A stretch of 64,000 nt of DNA from Mycobacteriales bacterium (GTDB taxonomy: Bacteria > Actinomycetota > Actinomycetes > Mycobacteriales > CADCTP01). Shown here in pieces: positions 21,756-29,719 of the stretch. The stretch is from the NCBI GenBank assembly GCA_036558285.1, contig DATBFW010000133.1, positions 102 to 64,101 of the forward strand, in the 5' to 3' direction. Positions within the stretch are counted from its first letter, which is position 1; each line of letters begins with the position of its first letter. The position numbers and the translations under genes are program-made. The notes under the pieces were generated by a model that was not told the DNA's origin, made no database searches, and was given only the letters and a program-made list of their open reading frames with translations.

Positions 21756-23080
21756 CGGCCGACCGCGATCGCGACGAGCCGGCGCAGGTCCCGGCCGGAC
21801 ATGCCGACCGCCAGGGCGGACGGGGACAGGCCGCGGGCGGTCGCCGGCAGCCGCACCCGCAGGGCGCCGGGCCGGGACTCGAACCGCAGCGGCGGGGTCA
21901 TCCGGACCGCCTCGCCGTCGATGCCCAGCGCGACCGGTCCGGTCGAGTCGACCGCGAACGTCGCCGCCGACCACTGCCGGATGTCCTCCATCCGCCACTC
22001 CTGCCCGATGGTCATCAGCGTGACGAACCGGGCGACCTCGTCGGCGTCCTGCAGGCTCGCCGACAGGATGCCGAGCATGCCGGTGTCGAGCCGCGGCCGG
22101 CTGCCGGCCACCCGCGGGCGCTGCAGGTCGTACGGGTTGTTCGAGATCATCAGCAGCGTCGCGCCGGTCTGCGGGCCGGCGTCGGGCAGGTCGAAGCGCA
22201 GCTCGGACACCGCTGCGCGGCCGCCGACCAGGTCCGGCAGCATGCGCTGCCAGGTGCGCAACTTCGCCTCCCGGTACGTCGCCGACTGGACGACGCTCGC
22301 GTACAGGCCGAGGGACGCGTTGTTGACGAACACCCGGCCGTTCACCGAGGCCAGGTCGATCCGCAGCTCCACCCCCGCGGTGAACGCGTCCAGCGCACCG
22401 ACCGGATCGCTCCGGTCCAGGCCGAGGTCCTGGGCGAAGTGGTTGCGGGTGCCGGACGGTATGCAGACGTGCGCGACGCCGCGGGCACTGGCCACGGCGG
22501 CCACCACCGCCTGCGAGCCGTCCCCGCCGGCCATGCCGACCACGTCGGCGCCGTCCGCGATCGCCTTCTCCACCAGCTCGCGCAGGTTCCCGCCCGGTTC
22601 GAGCACGACGGTCTGCAGGCCGCGGCGGGTGGCCTCGGCGGCGAGGCCGACGCGGGCCGCCTTGCCGTCGCCGGAGTGCGGGTTGATGACCAGCACCCCG
22701 CGCCGGGCCGGTGGCACCGCCGGCAGGTGGCCGCCGCCGCGATCGGCCCGTACGGCCGCCCGGGCCGCCACCCCGAACAGCAGCACGCAGGCGATCCAGA
22801 TGACCAGCTCGACCCGGTGCTCGTACGCGGTGAACGCCAGCCCGGCCAGCGCCACCAGCAGGCCCGGAATGGTGAGCAGCAGCAGCCGGCCTGGGCGGGT
22901 CAGCGACAGCCAGGCGCAGTAGGTCCCGAGGAACAGGCAACCGAGCACGATCAGCGTGTCCAGCAGGTTGATCGCCACCAGCAGGAACGCGAGCGCGGCG
23001 AGGACGACCAGGGCAAGAGCGGCGATCGCGGCCAGCCGGGCCCGCAGCGGGTGGTGCCGAGCCGGCGGAGTGGGCTCCAT
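21752..23080 (-). CDS. diacylglycerol kinase family lipid kinase with N-terminal TM region
   Basis: 442-aa ORF with three or four N-terminal hydrophobic helices, then VLVINPHSGDGKA and MAGGDGSQ motifs. Confidence 0.9.
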   Translation of the reverse strand: MEPTPPARHHPLRARLAAIAALALVVLAALAFLLVAINLLDTLIVLGCLFLGTYCAWLSLTRPGRLLLLTIPGLLVALAGLAFTAYEHRVELVIWIACVLLFGVAARAAVRADRGGGHLPAVPPARRGVLVINPHSGDGKAARVGLAAEATRRGLQTVVLEPGGNLRELVEKAIADGADVVGMAGGDGSQAVVAAVASARGVAHVCIPSGTRNHFAQDLGLDRSDPVGALDAFTAGVELRIDLASVNGRVFVNNASLGLYASVVQSATYREAKLRTWQRMLPDLVGGRAAVSELRFDLPDAGPQTGATLLMISNNPYDLQRPRVAGSRPRLDTGMLGILSASLQDADEVARFVTLMTIGQEWRMEDIRQWSAATFAVDSTGPVALGIDGEAVRMTPPLRFESRPGALRVRLPATARGLSPSALAVGMSGRDLRRLVAIAVGR

Positions 23081-23247
23081 CGGCGGCCTCCTCCCCGGTG
23101 GCTGTTTACCGGGCTCTGCCGAATGAGCTGCTGACCGGGCTGCCGGGGTGGCGTGCTCGGGCGCAGCTCAACGGTGCCAGCTCCGGCGGCGACCTGGAGG
23201 GACGGGTTTCTGGCGTCTTCCGGCCCGGACTGTGCTGTAGTTCCCCC

Positions 23248-23727
23248 GTGAGAGTCCCGTACCGGGAGGTCACCAACCTGGCCACCGTCGTCGACTGGCT
23301 GGGCGAGCTGGGTGCCCGCACCGTGCTTCTCGACGTCGAGCCCCTGGTCGCAGTGTGGGACACCGGCGACGCCGAGCTCAAGCGCGGCGTCGACGAGGCG
23401 GTCGCGCTGCTCAGCGAGGTGCCGTCGCTGGAGTCGGTCGGCTTCGCCACGAACTCCTTGCGCAAGTTGTCCGGCGCGATCGCCGGCGACGCCTTCTTCA
23501 TCACGGCCGCCCGCAAGCCGTTGCTGACCAGGCCGTACCGGCACCTGCCGCACCCGGGTGTGGTCGTCGGCGACCAGCTGGCGACCGACGGGGTGCTGGC
23601 CTGGCGGCTCGGCTTCGCCTTCGCCTACGTCCGCCACCCGGAGACCCGCCACCCCTGGGGTCCGGCCCTGCTGCGCCAGCTCAGCCGCCCGCTGCGGCAC
23701 CTTCTGTTCCGTCCGGCATCGCCCTGA
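23248..23727 (+). CDS. HAD-superfamily YqeG-like phosphatase homologue with atypical motif I
   Basis: ORF 23098..23727, probable GTG 23248. LLDVEPLVAVW (motif I as D-V-E-P-L), FATNS, AARKP, VVGDQLATDG. Confidence 0.6.
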   Translation: MRVPYREVTNLATVVDWLGELGARTVLLDVEPLVAVWDTGDAELKRGVDEAVALLSEVPSLESVGFATNSLRKLSGAIAGDAFFITAARKPLLTRPYRHLPHPGVVVGDQLATDGVLAWRLGFAFAYVRHPETRHPWGPALLRQLSRPLRHLLFRPASP

Positions 23728-23817
23728 CCGGGATGTCGCACCCGGCCGGGTGCCGATCGTCTCAGGGGTAGAGGTCCGAGGGAGGATCTCAGGGGACGGA
23801 GGAGGAATCTCGGACGG

Positions 23818-23940
23818 ATGACCTCAGCCAAGCCTGACCCGATCCCGGCGAGCTACCGGCGGGTGACGCCGTGCCTGATCGTGCGGGGCGGAGACAAGGC
23901 ACTGGAGTTCTGCGCGGCGGTGTTCGGGGCGACTCGGTGA
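23818..23940 (+). pseudogene. 40-aa remnant of a VOC/glyoxalase (PhnB-like) gene
   Basis: MTSAKPDPIPASYRRVTPCLIVRGGDKALEFCAAVFGATR-stop matches only the N-terminal unit of VOC proteins. High GC3 in this frame. TGA overlaps the YciI GTG. Confidence 0.6.
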
Positions 23941-24281
23941 AGTACGTGCTGCTGTTCGTGGACACGCCGGAGTTCGCGGCCGAGTTCGAGGCGATGAGCC
24001 CGGAGACGCGGGGGCGCGCCATCCAGAAGGTGTACGAGTGGCTCGACACCCACTCCGACAAGCTCCGCGGCGGCAACAAGCTGCGGGCGCCGGAGACGGC
24101 CACCACCGTACGGCTCGACGGCGGCGAGCCGGTCGTCACCGACGGGCCGTTCGTGGAGGGCAAGGAGGTCGTCAGCGGCTACTCGGAGATCGAGGTGGCG
24201 GATCTCGACGAGGCGCTGCGGATGGTGAAGACCTGGCCCGGCTGCCCGGTGGTGGAGATCCGACCGGTGGAGGAGATCTGA
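23937..24281 (+). CDS. YciI family (DGPF domain) protein
   Basis: GTG 23937: VKYVLLFVDTPEF...EPVVTDGPFVEGKEVVSGYSEIEVADLDEALRM. 114 aa, typical length. The 23871 extension has poor GC3. Confidence 0.85.
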   Translation: MKYVLLFVDTPEFAAEFEAMSPETRGRAIQKVYEWLDTHSDKLRGGNKLRAPETATTVRLDGGEPVVTDGPFVEGKEVVSGYSEIEVADLDEALRMVKTWPGCPVVEIRPVEEI

Positions 24282-25137
24282 CGGACCCGGCGACCACCGA
24301 GCTGGCTCGCGCCGGGCGGGACCACGCGGGCCGGCTCGCCGCGGCGCTCGTCCGGGTGACCGGCGACTTCGCCACCGCCGAGGACCTCGTGCAGGACGCA
24401 GTGCTGGCCGCGCTGGAGCACTGGCCGGTCGAGGGGATCCCCGAGCGGCCGGACGCCTGGCCGGCGTGCTGGCCGTGATCTACCTGCTGTTCAACGAGGG
24501 CTACCTGTCCACCGCGGCGCAGCCGCACTCGCGCGACCTCACCGACGACGCCGAGTGGCTCGCCGGCCTGCTGCACCGGCTGATGCCGACCGAGCCGGAG
24601 GTGGCCGGGCTGCTCGCGCTGATCCAGCTGCACCGGGCCCGCGTCGCCGCCCGGTTCGACGGCGAGGACGGCCTCGTGCTGCTGGCCGAACAGGACCGGT
24701 CGCAGTGGGACCGGGCGGTCATCGCCGCCGCGACCGGGCTGCTGACCAGGGCCGCCCGACAGCAGCGGCCCGGGCCGTACCAGCTGCAGGCGGCGATCGT
24801 CGCCTGCCATGCCGAGGCCTGGCGCTGGGAGGACACCGACTGCGAGCAGATCGTGCTGCTCTACGACATGCTCCTGCACCTCGCGCCGTCTCCCGTGACC
24901 CGGCTGCACCCGGCGATCGCGCTGCGGTACACCGACGGTCCGCGGGCGGCGATGGCCGAGCTGGACGAGCTGGCCGGTCCGCTCGACGGGCACCACCTCT
25001 ACCACGCCACCCGGGCCGAGCTGCTGCGGGCGCTCGGCCAGCAGGACCGGGCCCGCGACGCCGACCGCCGGGCGCTCGACCTGACCGCCAACCCGGCCGA
25101 GCGCGCCCTGCTGCGCCGCCGCATCACCTGGCCGTAG
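24278..25137 (+). pseudogene. YciI-associated ECF-type sigma factor gene with internal deletion and frameshift
   Basis: Frame 2 gives the region-2 start ...DFATAEDLVQDAVLAALEHWPVEGIPERPDAW, then a stop at 24476-24478. Frame 1 from about 24454 gives RLAGVLAVIYLLFNEGY... (C-terminal domain) to 25137. Regions 2.3-4 are missing, and CTG sits at the expected start. Confidence 0.7.
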
Positions 25138-25139
25138 CG

Positions 25140-26081
25140 CTACCGCCGGCTGGTGCGCCAGGCCAGGCCGCACCAGTAGGCGCCGTGCGCGAGCAGCACG
25201 TAGCCCGGGCTGACGCCGGCCCGGACCGGCTCGACGAAGTGCCGCCGCGCGTACGTGGAGACGAAGGCGCGGGCTAACGATCGGTAGCCCGCGGCGTAGT
25301 GCCGGTCGAGGTCGCTGGTCGCGCCGCGGCGGAAGTACGTGCTGGCCAGGGCACGGACCGAGGTCACCGGCTCGTGCCGGACGACGAGGCCGTGGTCGAA
25401 GCCGAGCCGGACGCCGGCTGATTCCAACAGCCGGCTGGTGATGCCGCTCAGCGCCGCGCCGGCGTCCTCCGGGAAGAAGCCCTGGCGGCCGAGCTTCCCG
25501 GCGACGCCGGCCCGCAGCCAGACGTTGCGGCAGTCGAGCCGGACCGCGGCACCGCGGTCCAGCGCGCGGCCGGTGCAGTGCCGGATGAGGGCGGTCTCCT
25601 GCCGGGTGAGCCAGGCCGCCTTGCGGGTCCGCGGCCGGCGGTGCGGCCAGGGCGGGCCGGCCGCACCGTCGGTGCCGTCGTCGGTGCCGGCGAGCTTCTC
25701 GATCGTGGTGATCCAGTCGGGGGCGACGACGCAGTCCGAGTCGGTGAACGCGTACGCGCCGGCGCGGTGCCCGGTGAGCGCGGCGTTCAGGGCGGCGCCT
25801 TGGCCGCGCCGGCGGTCGAGCCGCAGCACCTCGACCGACGCGACGACGCCGGGGGGAAGGAGCGTCGCCAGCTCGACCGGTGATCCGTCGTCGACGAGCA
25901 CGATCCGTACGTCGTCGAACGCGAGCCCGGTGCCGGCGCGCCACTGGTCGATCGCCGCTTGCAGGCTGCGCAGGCAGTCGACCAGCGGCCGCAGCCGGTC
26001 GAGCCGCGCCGAGGCGTGCCGGCCGGCGTCGTGGTGGGCCGGCACGATGACGACCAGTCGGGCGGGATCACATGCGCACAT
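25140..26081 (-). CDS. glycosyltransferase family 2
   Basis: 313-aa ORF with VVIVPAHHD, VLVDDGSP and FTDSDCVV (DxD-type) motifs. Confidence 0.8.
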   Translation of the reverse strand: MCACDPARLVVIVPAHHDAGRHASARLDRLRPLVDCLRSLQAAIDQWRAGTGLAFDDVRIVLVDDGSPVELATLLPPGVVASVEVLRLDRRRGQGAALNAALTGHRAGAYAFTDSDCVVAPDWITTIEKLAGTDDGTDGAAGPPWPHRRPRTRKAAWLTRQETALIRHCTGRALDRGAAVRLDCRNVWLRAGVAGKLGRQGFFPEDAGAALSGITSRLLESAGVRLGFDHGLVVRHEPVTSVRALASTYFRRGATSDLDRHYAAGYRSLARAFVSTYARRHFVEPVRAGVSPGYVLLAHGAYWCGLAWRTSRR

Positions 26082-26754
26082 GCGCGCGCACGGCGGAGGC
26101 GACCTCGTGGACGTCCCGGTTCGCGTCCACCCGGACGAAATCCTGCCGGCCGGTCAACAGGTATTCGTACGCGTCGTGCATCCGGCCGAGGAACTCGACC
26201 TGCTCGGGGTCGATCTCGGCACCGTTGCGCCGCGCGAGTCGCTCGGCGGCGACCTCGGGTGGGCAGTCCAGGTAGATCAGGACGCCGCGGTGGGCAGGCG
26301 GACGGACGAGCTCGATGAGGAAGTCGACGGCGGATCTCATGACCGGTCGCAGCTCGCGAGCGGCCGGCTCGGGCAGGTCGGCGAGGGCGAACGCGGCATC
26401 GGTCAGGGTCGCGACGTCGAGCAGTGTGTTTCTCGATCGGGCCGTGTTCCGCAGCTTCTGCATGTGCGACGAGAGGGCGAGCAGGTGCCGGACGTAGCTG
26501 GTGTCGCATCCCTCGGGACTGAGGCGCATTCCGGGGGAGCCATAAGAGCTGAGATAGCGGCCGAGCTCGTGGTTGCCGAATTCCGGCACGACCTCGGCGG
26601 TTGATGTGAGGCTGCGCGCGAGAAGTTGAGCCTGCGTTGTCTTGCCACTCGCGACTATGCCCTCGAAGCCGACCCATTTGTGTCTGTGTCTGACCCGCCG
26701 GACGCGGAGCCAACCACCACCCCGCGTCGGCTCGGCCGGCGCGACAGGCACCAT
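26068..26754 (-). CDS. thymidylate-kinase-like P-loop nucleotide/nucleoside kinase
   Basis: ATG 26754 with RBS GGAGG. WVGFEGIVASGKTTQAQLLARSL resembles the Tmk P-loop. 14-nt overlap with the GT2 start. Locally lower G+C and rare codons (AGA CAC AGA CAC AAA). Confidence 0.65.
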   Translation of the reverse strand: MVPVAPAEPTRGGGWLRVRRVRHRHKWVGFEGIVASGKTTQAQLLARSLTSTAEVVPEFGNHELGRYLSSYGSPGMRLSPEGCDTSYVRHLLALSSHMQKLRNTARSRNTLLDVATLTDAAFALADLPEPAARELRPVMRSAVDFLIELVRPPAHRGVLIYLDCPPEVAAERLARRNGAEIDPEQVEFLGRMHDAYEYLLTGRQDFVRVDANRDVHEVASAVRAHVRM

Positions 26755-26866
26755 GCAACCTCCGGGCACGATACGGCCGCGCCTCGCGACGCCGCGCGTC
26801 ATGATCGCCGGACTGTATCCCAGATCAGGGCGGTCAGGCTGGGAATGTCGAAGCGTGCACAGTCGG

Positions 26867-28216
26867 CTACTCGTGCTGGGCGTTGGAAAGCTGGAAGTAC
26901 GAGCCGAATTCCAACCCGGTGTTGCGGCAGGTGCGCCGGAGGCGCAACACGATCGGCCAGTCGCTGAACAGGATGAGTTCCCTTTCGTGAGCGTAGAGCC
27001 GCATGGCTTCGTCGAGGTAGTCGCGGCCGGCTCGGTCGTCATCGGTGCGCACCCGTTCCAGCTCGGCGAGTTGTTCCAGCGCCCGCGGCCGCAGCAGCAG
27101 CGAGGGGTCCGACGGCACCCACGTCATCGCCTCCGTCAGCGCGTCCTCGGCCTCCGCGTAGTTCCCGCGGCGACGCTCGAAACCGCCCTGGTAGAGCAGC
27201 ATGTGCACCTTGGACGAGGTGCGCGTCTTGGGATCCGACAGGCACTGCCGCGCCGCCGCGTACTCCTGCTCGGCGCGGCGGCAGTTCCGCCGGGCCTCGG
27301 CGGCGAACGCGAGCCCGGTGTGCGCCCACGAGACGCCCTCCCGATCGTCGGCCGCCTCCGAGATGCTCAGCGCCTCGGCGGCGAAGTGCTCGGTGGCGTC
27401 GACGTCCAGCGGCATCCCGCTCGCCTCCGAGAACGGCAGGTCGTGCACCAGGCAGATGCTGCTCAGCGTCGCCCGATATTGCAGGACGTCGGCGACGAAC
27501 CGCAGGTCGGGATCGAGCACCTCGGTCAGCTCGTCGTAGAGCCGGCCGAGCTCGGTCTCGGCGCGCCGGAACGCCTCCACCCGGAAGAACAGGTGCGCGA
27601 GCGCCTGCCGGCTGGAGCGCTGGTACGGGTCGCCGAGCCCGGACTCGCCGTCGGGAATGTTGCGGCGGTAGAAGTCCATCGCATACCGGTAGAGGCCGAG
27701 GTGGTAGAGGATCCGGCCCCGGTAGAACCAGATCGCCCGCTCGACGCCGAAGCTCACCGGCTGGCCGTCGAGCGCGTCCTCGACGACCGCGGCATACCGC
27801 AGCGCCTCCGTCGGCCGGCCGAGGATCTCGCCGACCCGGAGGATGTCGAGCACGAGCTCCCAGCTGTGTTCGACCTCGACGAGGCCGGTGATGAGCTGGA
27901 AGGCGGCGTCGTTGTCGCCGCTCTCGACCAGCCGCTGGAGTTGGTCGGACCAGGGATGGGTCCGCGGGGTCTCCTTGAGCCACATCTTGCCGCGCCGGGA
28001 CGGTTGTTCGTTCTGCTCGCGCAGGTAGGTGGAGATGAGCTCGGACCGCCGGGTGACCCCCATCTTGCGGAGCACCGTGCGGATGTGCGTCTCGACTGTT
28101 CGCCGCGAGATCTGCAGCCGGTCCGCGATGGCCGAATTCGTGAGACCGTCCACGACCATCAGGAAGACCTGTCGTTCGCGCTCTGTCAGCTGATCGATGG
28201 TGCCGCCGCCGTTCAT
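26867..28216 (-). CDS. transcriptional regulator with N-terminal LuxR-type HTH and C-terminal TPR-like domain
   Basis: ATG 28216 with RBS GGGGAGGGG. LTERERQVFLMVVDGLTNSAIADRLQISRRTVETHIRTVLRKMGV, followed by about 370 aa of helical repeats rich in Y/A/L/R. Confidence 0.8.
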   Translation of the reverse strand: MNGGGTIDQLTERERQVFLMVVDGLTNSAIADRLQISRRTVETHIRTVLRKMGVTRRSELISTYLREQNEQPSRRGKMWLKETPRTHPWSDQLQRLVESGDNDAAFQLITGLVEVEHSWELVLDILRVGEILGRPTEALRYAAVVEDALDGQPVSFGVERAIWFYRGRILYHLGLYRYAMDFYRRNIPDGESGLGDPYQRSSRQALAHLFFRVEAFRRAETELGRLYDELTEVLDPDLRFVADVLQYRATLSSICLVHDLPFSEASGMPLDVDATEHFAAEALSISEAADDREGVSWAHTGLAFAAEARRNCRRAEQEYAAARQCLSDPKTRTSSKVHMLLYQGGFERRRGNYAEAEDALTEAMTWVPSDPSLLLRPRALEQLAELERVRTDDDRAGRDYLDEAMRLYAHERELILFSDWPIVLRLRRTCRNTGLEFGSYFQLSNAQHE

Positions 28217-28435
28217 GGCCCCTCCCCGTCTGGTGGCCGAGAACTGTCCTGGTTCGCCTCCCAACGACGCGGTCGCGCGGCATTCGCGACTGCGTAGTTC
28301 CACGTACGTGCTTTCCGCCCGCTTGCTGCCCTACGTATCTCTACTGATCCAAAGATAACGCTTCGCACGGATGCGGAACAGCGTGTGCCTGTTCAGCATT
28401 AGTCGCACGGACACCTCCGAAAGGAGGCACGGGGG
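28217..28435. promoter_or_regulatory. divergent promoter region (AT-richer spacer)
   Basis: 219 bp between divergent starts. It includes the lowest-G+C stretch I saw in the window (ctacgtatctctactgatccaaagataacg). No specific -10/-35 assignment is possible. Confidence 0.5.
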
Positions 28436-28639
28436 ATGCGACAGCCGGTGGAAAGCGTCTGGAGATCGGCGGCGCTCGCGGCATTCGTCGCGGTGCTGGT
28501 CGTCGGGATCTACGACCGGTGGATCCGGCGCCGGCGGCCGGGGCACCGCGGGGTCGTGCTCAACGCGGGCGCGGTCGCGCTGGACGGTGGCACGGTCACC
28601 GTGCTCGGCGGCGCCGCCGGGAAGCACGGGGGGCAGTGA
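28436..28639 (+). CDS. small single-pass membrane protein (67 aa)
   Basis: Strong RBS AAAGGAGG 7-8 nt upstream of the ATG. TM helix SAALAAFVAVLVVGIY, then RWIRRRRPG and the Gly/Val-rich tail GVVLNAGAVALDGGTVTVLGGAAG. The stop overlaps the next ATG (TGATG). Confidence 0.65.
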   Translation: MRQPVESVWRSAALAAFVAVLVVGIYDRWIRRRRPGHRGVVLNAGAVALDGGTVTVLGGAAGKHGGQ

Positions 28640-29601
28640 TGGACGGTCACACCTGGCGGGTGGGCACGGTCAACATCGGTGCGCTCGCGACCGGCGGCGG
28701 CGTGGTCTGCGCCGGCTCGGCGGTCGGCCGGCAGACGGTGGCCGCCGAACCGGACCGGTCCGGGCCGCGGCGGCGGGCGGACGTGGCCGTGCTCACCGTG
28801 CTCACCGAGGAGCTGCGGGCGGTGGTGGAGGTGCTGCGCCGGCACCGGGACTTCCGGTCCGCGCCGCTGCCCGGCGGGTCGCAGCTCTACGAGGCGGCGG
28901 TGCGCGGGGACGGCGTCGACCTGCGGGTGGTCGCCACCCAGGCGCTGGAGCCGGGACCGCAGTCGGCGGCCGCGGCGTACCGGCGGCTGCGGGACGCGCT
29001 GCACCCGTCCGTCGTGCTGCTGGTCGGGGTGGCCGGCGGGATCAGGGCCGATGTGGCGGTCGGCGACGTCGTGATCGGCGACGAGATCATCTACTACGAC
29101 GCGCGGCGGGAGACGGTGGCCGCGGCCCGGCGGCGGGGCAAGAGCCACTCGACCACGCCGGCCCTCCGGCACCGGGTCAACGAGTTCTTCCTTCGGTACG
29201 GGTCGACGATCGCGGTGCGCCGGGGCGTGCAGGTGCGGGTGTTCCGCGGTCCGATCGGCTCGGGCAGCGCGGTCGTCACCGACACCAGCTCGGACATCGT
29301 CCGCTTCCTGCGCCGGTTCAACGAGAAGACGCTCGCGGTGGAGACCGAGGCCGGCGGCGTCGGCCAGGCGTTCTACGAGGAGATCGGGTCCGAGCCGGCG
29401 GCGGGCTGGCTGACCATCCGCGGGATCTCCGACCTGGCCGACCGGGACAAGGGCCACGGCTGGCACCAGCTCGCCGCCGACCACGCCGCCGCCGTGATGG
29501 ACCGGCTGCTGCCGATGCTCGCCGCCCCGGACGACCGCCCGGACGCGGCCGGCGAGCCCGCTGCCGACCTCGGCCTCGACGACCTGGCCGAGCCGGCCTG
29601 A
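28639..29601 (+). CDS. PNP_UDP_1 / MTA-SAH-nucleosidase-fold phosphorylase-like protein with Gly-rich N-terminal extension
   Basis: ATG 28639 inside ORF 28519..29601. DVAVLTVLTEELRAV, LLVGVAGGI, GDVVIGDEIIYYD, GPIGSGSAVV, LAVETEAGGV and IRGISDLADRDK follow the nucleoside-phosphorylase superfamily pattern. Confidence 0.75.
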   Translation: MDGHTWRVGTVNIGALATGGGVVCAGSAVGRQTVAAEPDRSGPRRRADVAVLTVLTEELRAVVEVLRRHRDFRSAPLPGGSQLYEAAVRGDGVDLRVVATQALEPGPQSAAAAYRRLRDALHPSVVLLVGVAGGIRADVAVGDVVIGDEIIYYDARRETVAAARRRGKSHSTTPALRHRVNEFFLRYGSTIAVRRGVQVRVFRGPIGSGSAVVTDTSSDIVRFLRRFNEKTLAVETEAGGVGQAFYEEIGSEPAAGWLTIRGISDLADRDKGHGWHQLAADHAAAVMDRLLPMLAAPDDRPDAAGEPAADLGLDDLAEPA

Positions 29602-29607
29602 TCGCCC

Positions 29608-29719
29608 CGTCACCCCGGGTGGACGCCGCCGCGCGTAGCCACCGACGCCGGCCGTGGCGGCGCCGTCACCCCGGGTGGACGCCGCCGCGCGCAGCCACCG
29701 ACGCCGGCAGTGGCGGCGT
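29608..29719. repeat. 56-bp tandem duplication (2 copies, about 93 % identical), each with hairpin potential
   Basis: cgtcaccccgggtggacgccgccgcgcgtagccaccgacgccggccgtggcggcgc is followed directly by cgtcaccccgggtggacgccgccgcgcgcagccaccgacgccggcagtggcggcgt. It lies between convergent gene ends. Confidence 0.85.

Noticed and set aside
21718-21770. Direct repeat gcccgtcaccggccg x2 as a mobile-element or att-like site.
   Set aside because: It is short and lies inside the coding/junction sequence of the DAGK-PAP2 pair. No recombinase is nearby. I mention it only in the context of alternative PAP2 starts.
23871-23936. GTG 23871 as the start of the YciI gene (136-aa version in the ORF track).
   Set aside because: Third-position G/C is poor in that frame but about 88 % in the overlapping VOC-remnant frame. 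YciI homologues start at the M/V-K-Y… position (23937).
25135-25144. Perfect palindrome GTAGCGCTAC between the sigma remnant and the GT2 gene.
   Set aside because: It arises trivially from two convergent stop codons (TAG / CTA) 2 nt apart and is too short to interpret.
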